A stretch of DNA of 64,000 bases from Acidobacteriota bacterium (GTDB taxonomy: Bacteria; Acidobacteriota; Thermoanaerobaculia; Multivoradales; UBA5704), in the NCBI GenBank assembly GCA_040005235.1, contig JBDTZG010000012.1, forward strand, positions 1-64,000, read 5' to 3'. Both the position numbers and the translations under genes were made by a program. The stretch's first letter is position 1; each line of letters starts with the position of its first letter. Shown here piece by piece: positions 19,267 through 30,564 of the stretch. A model generated the notes under the pieces. That model saw only the letters and a list, made by a program, of their open reading frames with translations. It did no database searches and was not told where the DNA came from.

Positions 19267-19534
19267 GATACGCGCGAAATGCTGCCGAAACGGGGCTCAG
19301 TAATGACGCAGCGCTTCCGAATGCGAGTTTCCGCCCGAACCCGGTCGCCGATCGAATCCGCGGGCCCTCGCCGACCTTTAGCGTGGCAAGCAGCGAGTCC
19401 CTGATCCTATTCTTCGGGGAATGACTGGGGGCTCGCCGCGAGATGCTTCTGTTCAGGCTATACTTCAAAAGAGTAGCCGCTGCTCCGCGCTTTGTCACTG
19501 CGTCGGAAGTCCAGATCACGATCGGAAGGTCTCC

Positions 19535-22498
19535 ATGCTCTCGCCCCCCCTGCTCGGCCGTCTCCTCCTTGCCGTCCTACCATCCCTGGCGCTCGGAGAT
19601 CTTCCCGTCCGGGCGCAAGGCCCCGGACCCAGCATCGTCCAAGTCTCCGGCCGTCAGCTCGTCGTTCGGAAGCGCAACCCCGACGGTACCCTCGGCGCCG
19701 CGGCGCCATACACCATGCGAGGCGTCGTCTGGTCGCCGGCCAGTAAGACGACGAACACCTCGCCCCACGATCCGAACGGCGCCGTGGTCCGCCGGCCGGA
19801 GCTGGCCCTCTGGGCGGCAACGGATATCCCGCTGATGGCAGGCATGAACGCGAATACGGTCCGGATGTTTCTCGATCCCGGCGTCGGGAGCCAAGGTGCC
19901 GCTGGCCGGGCTGTGCTCGATCGGCTCTACGCCCGCGGCCTCATGGTCGTCTTGACCGTCGACGACACGGTCGACGACACCGCGCGCATCTCCTCGGCCG
20001 TGAACCTTTACAAAGATCACCCCGCGGTTCTCCTCTGGATGATCGGCAACGAGTGGAACATCAACAGGTTTTACGGCGAGGCGAGCTCCGTCCTGAACGC
20101 CGCACAGCGGGCCGAGGCGGCGGCCACGCTGATCAAGTCGCTCGACTCGCACCATCCGGTCGCAACGAGCTACGGTGAGATCGACATCAACTCAGATGGT
20201 CTTCGCCTCGCTGATACGAGCCACTACGTCAATGATGTCGCTCCGAGCGTGGACGTTTGGAGCCTGAACGTCTACCGTTCGTCGAGCTTTGGCAGCCTGT
20301 TCGCGGAGTGGGCGTCGATCAGCACGAAGCCGATGTTCCTCGGCGAGTTCGGGACCGACGCCTACGCCTCGACCTGCGCCCGGACGAATCCACCCACGGG
20401 AGCGATCGACGAGAGGACGCAGCGGCGGTGGGATCTCTCTCTCTGGAACGAGATCGCGTCCCACCTCTCCGCGAACGATCCGGCCCAGGTGGCGCTCGGA
20501 GGCACGGTCTTCGCGCTCAGCGACGAATGGTGGAAGGTATCGCCTGCGGGAGCGCAGCAGACCGGTGGCTTCCTCTTCGTCAACGGTCATCCCGACGATT
20601 TTGCGAACGAGGAGTACTGGGGCCTCACCGACATCGACCGAATCCCGCGCGAGGCCTACTATGGGATGCGGCTCGCCTTCGCTGCCGGATCGTCCGAGGT
20701 GCCGCCCTTCCGGGTCGATTTCTTCACCATGCCCGCCGCGGTCACGACTAATCTTCCTGCGTTCCTGATCGCCGGGACGGTGCAGAAGGGAAGCCGCGCT
20801 TTCCTCAACGGCAGCGAGATCCCGGTCGATGGCGGCGGAACCTTCGCCGTTCGCTTTCCGGTCTCGATCGCTCAGATCCTCGCGGTAGGTCCAAACGCGG
20901 TCACGCTCCGCATCGTTGGGCCTGACGCGAGCGAAACGACGACCATAAAAACGATCGATTTCGAGCCCACCTTCTCGACCGGCGGCGAACGGCTCCTCTA
21001 CGTCGACTCGGTGGCGCCGGGCGTCTCCGGAACCGTGGTGCTCGATCTGGATACGGGAACCATTCTCGGCCTTCTCGACCAGCAGCATGTCAGAGGCGTC
21101 GCCGCGGACGGTAGCGCGGTCTATATGGACACCCGCGGCGTGATCGATACGGCTACGCACGCCGCCGCGGGCGCTTCGCTCCCGTTCACCTCCCCAATCC
21201 CCGTCGACGGCTTCCTCGTCAGTCCGCTCGGAGACTTCCTCTACTCCCGCAATGAAATCGTCGACCGTGCGGCGAACACCCTTTCCGCGTCGCACCTTCC
21301 CGCGAACCTCGTAAGCGGTAACACCTTCGGAGGAGCGACGGTCCCCGGGGGACCGGCGATCACTCCCGACGGCCAATTCCTCTTCGCCGGCACGAGCGGC
21401 AACCTCATCCGGATCGACAGGCCGTCGCTCACCTCGATGTCCATCAACCCGTCGTTCGGCGGCGCTTTCTTGAGCGACTACACCGTATCGCCGGACGGCG
21501 GGACGCTGGCTCGTACGACCTACGGCGGCGCGGTCCCGCAGGTGCAGTTCTATGATTCCGGAAGCCTTGCCTTGACGGGAACCGGACTCGGACCTGGGGA
21601 TTTCGCGAGCGAGGTGGTCTTCTCTTCTGCGAGCCAGTGCGCGATCGTCGGCAGCGCGGGGAACCCGGCAAACCGCGGCGGTAACCTCACCGCTATAGAG
21701 ATCCCGGGCTTTGGGCAGGGCGCCTGCTCCCTCATAGACCTCGCCGACAACCTTGTGATCTCGGGCGGCGACCAGATCTACGTCACCTCCGGAACGCGTT
21801 TCGGGATTGACGTCTACGACCTCGAACCCTGTGGAGCATTGAAGCGGCGGCGCACCTACTTCCTCGGGATCAATCAGTTCGTGCTCTCGACGGGAAGCCC
21901 GAAGAACGACGACATCAAGCGCATCGTCTTGCGCGACCTGCCGACTCTCAACGTGGAGACGGCCGGCACCGGCGGAGGAACCGTTGCAAGCTCGCCCACC
22001 GGCATCAACTGCGGAGCCGACTGCTCGGAGGGTTACAGCTTCGGAACCCAGGTGACCCTCACCGCCACCCCGACGACAGGATCCCACTTCGCCGGGTGGG
22101 CCGGCGACGGCTCTTGTGCCGGAACCGGTGCCTGCACAGTGGTGCTCGATACGGATCGCTCCGCGACGGCAACCTTCAACGTCAACGTCATTCCACCCGC
22201 GGCCCCCACAGAGCTCCGCGTCGATCGCATCCCGGGGAGACCTACTCAGCTCAAACTGGTGTGGCATGACAATTCCAGCAACGAATCCGGGTTCAAGGTC
22301 GAGCGCAAGCGGAAGTGCTGCGGTACGTGGACGGTACTGCCTAATGCACCGGCCAACTCCACCAGTACAGCCACCTACCGAAGCATCGGTCTGCGGTGCG
22401 GCGGAACCAGATACGCCTACCGTGTCTCGGCTTTCAACGCGGGGGGAGTGTCTGCAAGGTCCAACGAGGCAGAACGAGCGACACTTCCCTGCAATTAA
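19535..22498 (+). CDS. Secreted multidomain clan GH-A glycoside hydrolase (GH2-like barrel, Ig-like, beta-propeller, InlB B-repeat-like, FN3)
   Basis: Signal peptide; WMIGNEW (acid/base) and FLGEFG (nucleophile); SPDG propeller repeats; GTVASSPTGINCG...VTLTATP...FAGW; WHDNSSNESGFKVER...YRVSAFN. Confidence 0.8.
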   Translation: MLSPPLLGRLLLAVLPSLALGDLPVRAQGPGPSIVQVSGRQLVVRKRNPDGTLGAAAPYTMRGVVWSPASKTTNTSPHDPNGAVVRRPELALWAATDIPLMAGMNANTVRMFLDPGVGSQGAAGRAVLDRLYARGLMVVLTVDDTVDDTARISSAVNLYKDHPAVLLWMIGNEWNINRFYGEASSVLNAAQRAEAAATLIKSLDSHHPVATSYGEIDINSDGLRLADTSHYVNDVAPSVDVWSLNVYRSSSFGSLFAEWASISTKPMFLGEFGTDAYASTCARTNPPTGAIDERTQRRWDLSLWNEIASHLSANDPAQVALGGTVFALSDEWWKVSPAGAQQTGGFLFVNGHPDDFANEEYWGLTDIDRIPREAYYGMRLAFAAGSSEVPPFRVDFFTMPAAVTTNLPAFLIAGTVQKGSRAFLNGSEIPVDGGGTFAVRFPVSIAQILAVGPNAVTLRIVGPDASETTTIKTIDFEPTFSTGGERLLYVDSVAPGVSGTVVLDLDTGTILGLLDQQHVRGVAADGSAVYMDTRGVIDTATHAAAGASLPFTSPIPVDGFLVSPLGDFLYSRNEIVDRAANTLSASHLPANLVSGNTFGGATVPGGPAITPDGQFLFAGTSGNLIRIDRPSLTSMSINPSFGGAFLSDYTVSPDGGTLARTTYGGAVPQVQFYDSGSLALTGTGLGPGDFASEVVFSSASQCAIVGSAGNPANRGGNLTAIEIPGFGQGACSLIDLADNLVISGGDQIYVTSGTRFGIDVYDLEPCGALKRRRTYFLGINQFVLSTGSPKNDDIKRIVLRDLPTLNVETAGTGGGTVASSPTGINCGADCSEGYSFGTQVTLTATPTTGSHFAGWAGDGSCAGTGACTVVLDTDRSATATFNVNVIPPAAPTELRVDRIPGRPTQLKLVWHDNSSNESGFKVERKRKCCGTWTVLPNAPANSTSTATYRSIGLRCGGTRYAYRVSAFNAGGVSARSNEAERATLPCN

Positions 22499-22611
22499 GC
22501 CCGAGCGAGCGCCGGAGGCCCTCGCTCACCGACTCATACGAAGCTCTCGCCGGCCGCCGAGGTCGCCGCGCTCGGGGCGCGCCCTCGCCGCGGACTCTGG
22601 GGCCGACATCC

Positions 22612-23046
22612 CGGCACCGGTGCGCTTTTATCCAGCACTGCTGCTTCCCGAGCCGACACCGCCGCACTTTCGTCCGGCAACGTTGCGCTTTCATCCGGCA
22701 ACGCCGCGCCGCGATCCAGAACACCTGCGTTCCGGTTCAAGCTGGCTGAGCTCCGATGCAACACGCCTGAAACTTTTTCGGGCCTTGCTGAACTTTTTGT
22801 GCGCACTGCTGGATTTCTCGCACAAGTGGATGGAGATTTCTTCAACCAGGTTTTATCCGGGCTTTACCGGGAAAAGCTTGAGCATGGCTGAAGTTTTCTC
22901 CAGCCTGGCTGAACTTTCTTGAGCGTGGCTGGATTTTTCTTCGGCGTGGTTGAACTTTTCTCTAGCGTGGTTGCGCTGTTCGCACAGATGGCTGAACTTT
23001 TTGTGCGGAGGGCACAGTTTTTTTCGTGGCTGGCTGCGCTGGGATG
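22612..23046. repeat. Degenerate 21-bp tandem array, copy A (21 units)
   Basis: Parsed by hand: 19 units of 21 nt, one of 16 nt and one of 20 nt; consensus near CAGCRTGGCTGAACTTTTCTC. Homologous to 26127-26587. Confidence 0.85.
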
Positions 23047-23265
23047 ATGTTCAGGAGCCTCGAGGTTGTTGAGCCGCACCAGACAGGGCAATCGCTAACT
23101 CTTGTCGATGTGACAGCGCGGCTTGGAAGCCCCCTGGTGACTGCTTCGAGGCCTGACGGCCATACGATTTGGTCCTACACCTACACACCAAGCGGCGGCT
23201 TCGGTTGGGAAAAACGGCTCCTTACTTTCGACTCGCGGGGATCCTTGTGGACGTCTTGCATTTAG
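23047..23265 (+). pseudogene. Possible SmpA/OmlA (BamE)-like domain fragment
   Basis: T..DV.ARLGSP.....DG..IWSY.Y...LTFDSRG pattern; lacks a signal peptide; starts immediately after repeat copy A. Confidence 0.4.
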
Positions 23266-23339
23266 ACGAGCCCTAGTTCCAGGCTCGCAGAGGCGAGCTG
23301 GTGCAGCCAGCAGGCCCCAGCAACCGGAACGAGGAACCG

Positions 23340-23837
23340 TTGAAGCGTTATGCGACGTTGATGCTCTTAGCAGGCCTGCTCGCGGGATGTGGAACTGCTG
23401 GCAGGAGCCGCGGTCCTTTACCGGTGACGGCAGCTCCAACTCCGAGCCAGTCCAATGTCGGCCTCAGCCGCGAGACCGCGATCGAGGTCTGCGAGCCGGC
23501 GGGCGAAAAGGCCTACCTTGCCCGGCTGTGTTGCCCTGATGGAGCCGTTCCCACTTATGAACGGTCCGGGAGCGTCGGATTGCGAAATGCGGTTGACACG
23601 AAATCCGAGGAAGAGCTGGCACGGCAACAGATGTTGGAAGAAAGACCCATTGCTCCAGGTGAAGCTGACTACCATGTCGTCGATCTCTATGACGTGATTT
23701 GCTCGGATAAGGAGTACGGGATTTTCCTGGACATGTACCACTGCGGGCAACCGGAACCCAAGGCCGCACCAGCAGATTTCTCGATCGCCGGGCGCAACGC
23801 AGCTTGGCGGCGAGGCGGCTTCCTATCCTACTTTTGA
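23340..23837 (+). CDS. Hypothetical lipoprotein
   Basis: GAGGA RBS and TTG start; MKRYATLMLLAGLLAGC lipobox; GEKAYLARLCCPDG...R.GS and FLDMYHC motifs. Confidence 0.7.
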   Translation: MKRYATLMLLAGLLAGCGTAGRSRGPLPVTAAPTPSQSNVGLSRETAIEVCEPAGEKAYLARLCCPDGAVPTYERSGSVGLRNAVDTKSEEELARQQMLEERPIAPGEADYHVVDLYDVICSDKEYGIFLDMYHCGQPEPKAAPADFSIAGRNAAWRRGGFLSYF

Positions 23838-23981
23838 AATCGACGTGCCATCTTCGGTCGCGAACTATTGCGCCTTGGCCGTTGGTGTTGCGCCTGGATC
23901 CGTCGGCAATGGATTTCTAGGAGACGTCGCAGGAGCCCTGTCACTCGGCTCGGTGTCTCCAGGAGACTCTTTCACAACGGT

Positions 23982-24500
23982 TTACTCCGTGCCCACAATA
24001 ACGAGGTTTTGTTTCGTGTTTATCGTCTGCATACGTTGCACGAGATCGGACATGTCGACGCCTGTCCGCTGAGGCAATAGATCGTAAGCAAGGTTCTCCA
24101 TGTCCGAGGCGGCGATTCGATTCGCCTGCCACTTGCGGGCAAAATCGCCGCTTGTGGTAAGAGTGATCAGAAGCGCTGCTAGCGTTGCCAGGATGGCGGG
24201 GAGATCCTTTTGAAGTCGCGGATGCGCGGCCAGGATTTCGAGTTTGAGTAGAAGGGCCGACAATGCGCTGAAAGCCGCAGCTCCAAACAAGCAGCCGAAG
24301 TAGACCGCGCTCCAGCGAATGGAGTTCCCTCTGTATCGGTGGTAGTTGTCCACCACGACTTGGGCCAGGTCGTGTTTGTTCTTGGTAACTAGACACGGAA
24401 CTCTATCGATGGCGCTTGTATCGTGCCAGTTGCTCTGGAGTATCACTAAACCGATCACGAAAACGAGGACAACCACTGCTATCCAGTGACCCTTTTTCAT
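23982..24500 (-). CDS. SLATT/DUF4231-like membrane protein with an extra N-terminal TM helix
   Basis: Two TM helices followed by DFARKWQANRIAASDMENL (W..xR..A..LE SLATT-like helix); visibly lower GC than the flanks. Confidence 0.6.
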   Translation of the reverse strand: MKKGHWIAVVVLVFVIGLVILQSNWHDTSAIDRVPCLVTKNKHDLAQVVVDNYHRYRGNSIRWSAVYFGCLFGAAAFSALSALLLKLEILAAHPRLQKDLPAILATLAALLITLTTSGDFARKWQANRIAASDMENLAYDLLPQRTGVDMSDLVQRMQTINTKQNLVIVGTE

Positions 24501-25035
24501 TGTAAGTTTGTCGGCGCTTCGGTTTGAGGAAGCAGGAATCTCCCTCCAGCCCTAGGATCTTGGGACGAGCACCCCCCCCTTCTCTCACCGTTTAGACGGA
24601 CGACTGAGCCGAATTCCTAACCGGGCTTGTGCGCTTATCGGCGTCGCGGCCATGGTCCGGCGATCTTCGGCGGATGTCCGCTTTGATAGCCGGGGTTGGC
24701 CTGTTCGCCTGCTCCCTACCCGCGCAACGGGCTTCGAGCGTCAATCCGGTCGAATCGCTGCGCAACGGTTAGCGACGACCGAGCGAAGTCGAGCACGGCG
24801 GCCTTCGAGCCGCCAACGCGCTCGTTCGCGCATTGGAATGGACCGTCGTGGCCAGCCTACGCCGACGCTCTCATTTTGCCCCGACCGCCCCATTTACTCG
24901 ATTTCTCGGAAACCGCTCTCTATCGTTGCGGCGTGGCGCTGATCTCGCCTCGTCGCGCAGCCGGGCCGTGCCCCAGCGGCGCATCCGGCCGAGGAACCAC
25001 CCTCTACCTCATGACGGCTTCGCTCTGCCGCAAGC

Positions 25036-25384
25036 TCAGGCTGCCGGCAACAAACGGTCCCAGGCCTCTCGGGCATCTCTAACCGTTCTGGCAAGATCCT
25101 GGATCCGGATGAACCCATAGTGATCCATGGCCCATGAACGAAGCTCGCGCGAGCTCAGCACGTAGGATTCCGCGGTGGGCGGGGAATCGGACCTGTTCTT
25201 CCCGAACCTGACGAACACGATGAAGTGGCCATTTTCGGCCGTGAAGTCATGCATCGGCCAAGACTTGGAATTGGCTGCCGCTTTCACGTCCACCGTGACG
25301 GCTTCGCCGGGCTTGCGAACGATCGTGATGTCGCCGTCATTTTCGGCGCCGACCGAAACCGTTGCGGCGGGAGGTTCTTTCCTC
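25036..25384 (-). pseudogene. N-terminally truncated PD-(D/E)XK-like nuclease
   Basis: The open frame upstream of the listed ORF reads GDITIVRKPGEAVTVDVKA...SWPM...FIVFVRF...YVL...EAWDRL. No start codon lies before the putative catalytic Asp. Confidence 0.5.
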
Positions 25385-26068
25385 CTATACCGAGAACCGT
25401 CGACGGAGCGTCAGTCCTCCGACCGCAGCGAGCAAAGCCGCGAGACCTGCCAAGCCCCATTCCGACAGGGTGGGGACCTCAATGACCGAGGGTACCGGCG
25501 CCGTCAGTGTCAGGTCGTCGAGGTTGAGGATCGGGGAGCAAGGCTCGCCGATCGAGCAGCCGGCTGGCAGGATCGCGAAGCGGGCGATCGGCTCGGTGGT
25601 CGAAACGCTCAGCGTACCCAGGAAGAAGAACGATCCGGGGCTCGGATGTTCGAGCGTGTCGGAGGCGAGAATGGCGCCTTTCGCATCGAGGGCGTAGAGG
25701 GTTGCCGTCCAGAGGGAGTAGGAGGTGGTCGAAATCCCGGCCACCGGGCGGGTGAATGTGGCGTCGGGCGGCGTTGAGGTGATGTAGTGATTGGTGACCG
25801 GAGCACCGGGAAACAGGGGGATCGTACCGAGCGTCCCGCTCGAGAAGGTCATTCCGAAGCTCGAGAACTCGTTGCTCAACGGGCCGCAGATGCCGCCGGG
25901 GCAGGGCGGCGCGGGGATGTCGTCGGCGGTTCCGAAGGCTCCGTCCGGACCCGGGAAGTTCTCGAAATCGACGAGGACGGATTGCGCCCCGGCGGGTCGG
26001 GCGAGAACTGAGGCGAGAAGCAGGCTGGCAAATACGACGGAGACTCGCTTCTCGATGTGCGTCTTCAC
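25385..26068 (-). CDS. Secreted protein with IPTL-CTERM sorting signal
   Basis: Signal peptide; C-terminal EVPTLSEWGLAGLAALLAAVGGLTLRRR. Confidence 0.85.
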   Translation of the reverse strand: MKTHIEKRVSVVFASLLLASVLARPAGAQSVLVDFENFPGPDGAFGTADDIPAPPCPGGICGPLSNEFSSFGMTFSSGTLGTIPLFPGAPVTNHYITSTPPDATFTRPVAGISTTSYSLWTATLYALDAKGAILASDTLEHPSPGSFFFLGTLSVSTTEPIARFAILPAGCSIGEPCSPILNLDDLTLTAPVPSVIEVPTLSEWGLAGLAALLAAVGGLTLRRRFSV

Positions 26069-26126
26069 GGTCGGACCTCCGAATCGGATTTCATGTCATG
26101 GTAGCGCGTTCCGTGGTCCACCGGGC

Positions 26127-26587
26127 CAGCACCGCTGCTTTCCAAATCAGCACCGCTGTGCTTTTATCCAGCATTCCTTCTGCCCGAGCCAGCAAGGCTG
26201 CGCTTTTGTCCAGCAAGGCTGCACCGTAATCCATCCCACCTGCGTGCCGGTTCAAGTTGGCTGAGCTCTGACGCAACACCCCTGAACCTTTTTCGGGCCT
26301 CGCTGGACTTTTTGTGGGCATCCTTGGCCGTTTGTGCGCACTGCTGGGTTTCTCGCACAAGTGGATGGAGATTTCTCCAACGTGGCCCGGTTTTATCCGG
26401 GCTTTACCCAGAAACAATTGAGCATGGCTGAGGTCTTCTCCAGCATGGCTGGATATTTCTTCAGCGTGGCTGCGCTCTTCTTCAGCGGGGTTGAACTTTT
26501 CTCGAGCGTGGCTGCGCTGTTCGCACGGTTGGCTGAACTTTTTGTGCGGAGGGCTCGGTTTTTCTCGCGGCTGGCTGCCCTGGGAAT
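26127..26587. repeat. Degenerate 21-bp tandem array, copy B (22 units)
   Basis: 21 units of 21 nt and one of 20 nt; aligns unit by unit with copy A in direct orientation. Confidence 0.85.
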
Positions 26588-26827
26588 GAGAATCGCCGGA
26601 CGCCCTCTACGGGCTTCTTCGTCGTGCGGCCCGCACTACCCAAAAAACACTCGGCCTGATTCCCCTGGGTGCTACCCCCCGCGTGCTTTTCGTGGCGCAG
26701 GCTCCCAACCTCGCCCAATCTGGCGCCCTCCCTTCCTCCCGTGACAGACTCGCCGCCGACCGTTTTCGGCTGGCAAATAACCGGGGCTTTTAAGCTATCG
26801 CTTGCCCCAAGAGTCGGAGGACCCACC

Positions 26828-28564
<1,737 letters not shown>

Positions 28565-28592
28565 AGCCGCTTCTCGCCGCGAATCGCATCTC

Positions 28593-28645
28593 GTAGGGGC
28601 GGAGCTTGCCTCCGCCCGCCGGGGGCAGACAAGCTGCCCCCCTAC
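28593..28645. repeat. GTAG-type REP doublet
   Basis: GTAGGGGCGGAGCTTGCCTCCGCCC followed by an inverted copy ending CCCCTAC; intergenic. Confidence 0.7.
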
Positions 28646-28676
28646 GTGGTCTGCTCTAAAAGGGTAAGCGACGCTC

Positions 28677-29276
28677 GTGGCAAAGACCTATCGGGTCAAC
28701 GAGATCTTCTACAGCCTGCAGGGGGAAGGGGTTCGCGCCGGAACGGCGAACCTCTTCCTCCGCTTCTCGAAGTGCAACCTCACCTGTAAGGTCCTAACCC
28801 ACGGCTTCGACTGCGATACCGAATTCGAATCGGGACGCGATCTGGCGCTGGACGAGATCCTCTCCGAGTTTCAGGCTCTCTCGTCGGCGTGCCGCTGGGT
28901 GATCCTGACCGGCGGCGAGCCGGCTCTCCAGGTCGATCGGGAGCTGATCGACGCGCTCCACGCCGCGGGGTACTCGCTCGCGATCGAGACCAATGGCTCG
29001 TTCGCGCTCCCCGACGGAATCGACTGGATCACCGTGAGCCCGAAAGTCGCCGAGCATGCGATCCGCCAGCGAACGGCCCATGAGGTGAAATACGTCCGCG
29101 GCCATGGCCAGGCGATCCCGCAGACCGTGGTCGAAGCGGAGCACTATCTGATCTCCCCCGCGTTCGTCGGCGACCAGGCCGACCCGCGGGCGCTCGCCTG
29201 GTGCCTGCGTCTGGTGGAGGCGAATCCCGCCTGGCGGCTGTCGATCCAGCAACATAAGGTCTGGGGCGTGCGGTAG
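28677..29276 (+). CDS. queE: 7-carboxy-7-deazaguanine synthase QueE (radical SAM)
   Basis: EIFYSLQGEG, FLRF, CNLTC...CDT, TGGEP, IETNG, TVSPK and LSIQQHK. Confidence 0.9.
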   Translation: MAKTYRVNEIFYSLQGEGVRAGTANLFLRFSKCNLTCKVLTHGFDCDTEFESGRDLALDEILSEFQALSSACRWVILTGGEPALQVDRELIDALHAAGYSLAIETNGSFALPDGIDWITVSPKVAEHAIRQRTAHEVKYVRGHGQAIPQTVVEAEHYLISPAFVGDQADPRALAWCLRLVEANPAWRLSIQQHKVWGVR

Positions 29277-29287
29277 GCGGCTCGTCG

Positions 29288-30193
29288 ATGCCCGTCTGCG
29301 CCCAGCATCCGGAGATCGCCGCGCTCTACGCCTGCGACGGCTGCGGGCGGCAACTTTGCGACCAGTGCATCACGGCGGGCCACGCCCTTTTGTTCTGCAA
29401 GGTCTGCGGCGAGCGGGCGATCCCAGTCACCCCTGAGGTCGGTCCCGCGCCCGGAGCTCACTCCGCGATCCAACATCGGCGCCGCGCGGCGGTCGACTCG
29501 ACGTACCGCCTGGTCGACGCGTTCGGCTATCCGTTCCGCGGCATGGGGAAGTTGCTCTTCGTCGCCGCGCTGGTCTGCCAGGGCGCGGTGGAGATCATGG
29601 TGCGCTTCGGCATCGATTTCTTCCGCTTCGCGCTCGCGTTCGGTTTCTGGTCGCTGCTCGTCGGGCTCCAGTTGAAGATCGCTCGATCGACCAGCGAGGG
29701 TCAGGACGAGCTGCCCGACTGGCCGGATTACTTTTCGCTCGGCGAGCGCTTCTTCGACATCCTGGTCTTCGTGATTCTCCAGATCTGGCGCTACGGCCTG
29801 GTGGCGCTCTATGTCCTGGTGTTCCGCGGTGCCATCTTCGCCAAGGAGCCGAACCTCCTCGTCTGGCTCGGTCTCGCGGTTCTCGCCTGGCTCGGCGCGG
29901 CCCTCGCCACGACGGCGCTCGGCGCGGTCGGCAAATTCAATCCCGACCAGGTGCTGCGGCTCGATCTGCATTACCGCGCGTTCCGCGCCTGCGGCGCCGA
30001 CGCGATCGTCATCGCCAATCTCGTCTTCGCCCTCGACCTCGCCTTCTGGCTCGCTCGCATCGGCCTTGGCGGCATCCCCCTCGCCGGCAGCGCGATCACC
30101 GGGATTCTCGGCACCTACGCGCTGTTCGTCTCCGCCCACCTTGCGGGGTTGTTGTTCCGGCGGAACGCGCCGGAGGTCGAAGAAGTCTACTGA
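29288..30193 (+). CDS. Membrane protein with N-terminal B-box-like zinc finger
   Basis: C..H...C..C....C..C...C..C cluster, then AFGYPF, ELPDWPD and several TM helices. Confidence 0.7.
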   Translation: MPVCAQHPEIAALYACDGCGRQLCDQCITAGHALLFCKVCGERAIPVTPEVGPAPGAHSAIQHRRRAAVDSTYRLVDAFGYPFRGMGKLLFVAALVCQGAVEIMVRFGIDFFRFALAFGFWSLLVGLQLKIARSTSEGQDELPDWPDYFSLGERFFDILVFVILQIWRYGLVALYVLVFRGAIFAKEPNLLVWLGLAVLAWLGAALATTALGAVGKFNPDQVLRLDLHYRAFRACGADAIVIANLVFALDLAFWLARIGLGGIPLAGSAITGILGTYALFVSAHLAGLLFRRNAPEVEEVY

Positions 30194-30225
30194 CCGGTCG
30201 GCTCCCGGCTTACAATATCGTCCCC

Positions 30226-30564
30226 ATGCGTCCCGGCCTGCTCACCCGCCTTCTGTTCGTCTCATATTGCTTGGAAGCGGGGATGTTCCTGCTCATGGTG
30301 CCGTGGAGCCCCGCCTGGGATCGGACGGTTTCCCAGCTCCCGGTCCCTCTGCTCGCCGCCGCCCTGCGCGCCACGTTCGGGCGCGCGGCGCTGGCCGGCT
30401 TCGGCATGGTCCATCTGATTTGGGGGGTTCACGACCTCGATTCGCTCTGGCCGCGCGGAAAGGGAAAGACCTCCGAAGGAACGGGCGCCGCGCCGCCGGC
30501 GGAACCGCCCGCCGATTCCGGCCTCGACGCCGGGGCGCCCGGTGCCGCAACCCCCGGGGTTTGA
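30226..30564 (+). CDS. Hypothetical membrane protein
   Basis: Two hydrophobic segments (YCLEAGMFLLMVPWS..W); co-oriented within the operon. Confidence 0.65.
   Translation: MRPGLLTRLLFVSYCLEAGMFLLMVPWSPAWDRTVSQLPVPLLAAALRATFGRAALAGFGMVHLIWGVHDLDSLWPRGKGKTSEGTGAAPPAEPPADSGLDAGAPGAATPGV

Noticed and set aside
22612-23046. CRISPR array interpretation of the periodic tracts (also 26127-26587)
   Set aside because: Units are contiguous and degenerate, with no constant repeat alternating with unique spacers, and no cas genes are present.
23047-26126. Complete integron, or IS-bounded composite transposon
   Set aside because: No integrase or transposase is present, gene orientation is mixed, and there is at most one degenerate attC-like site.
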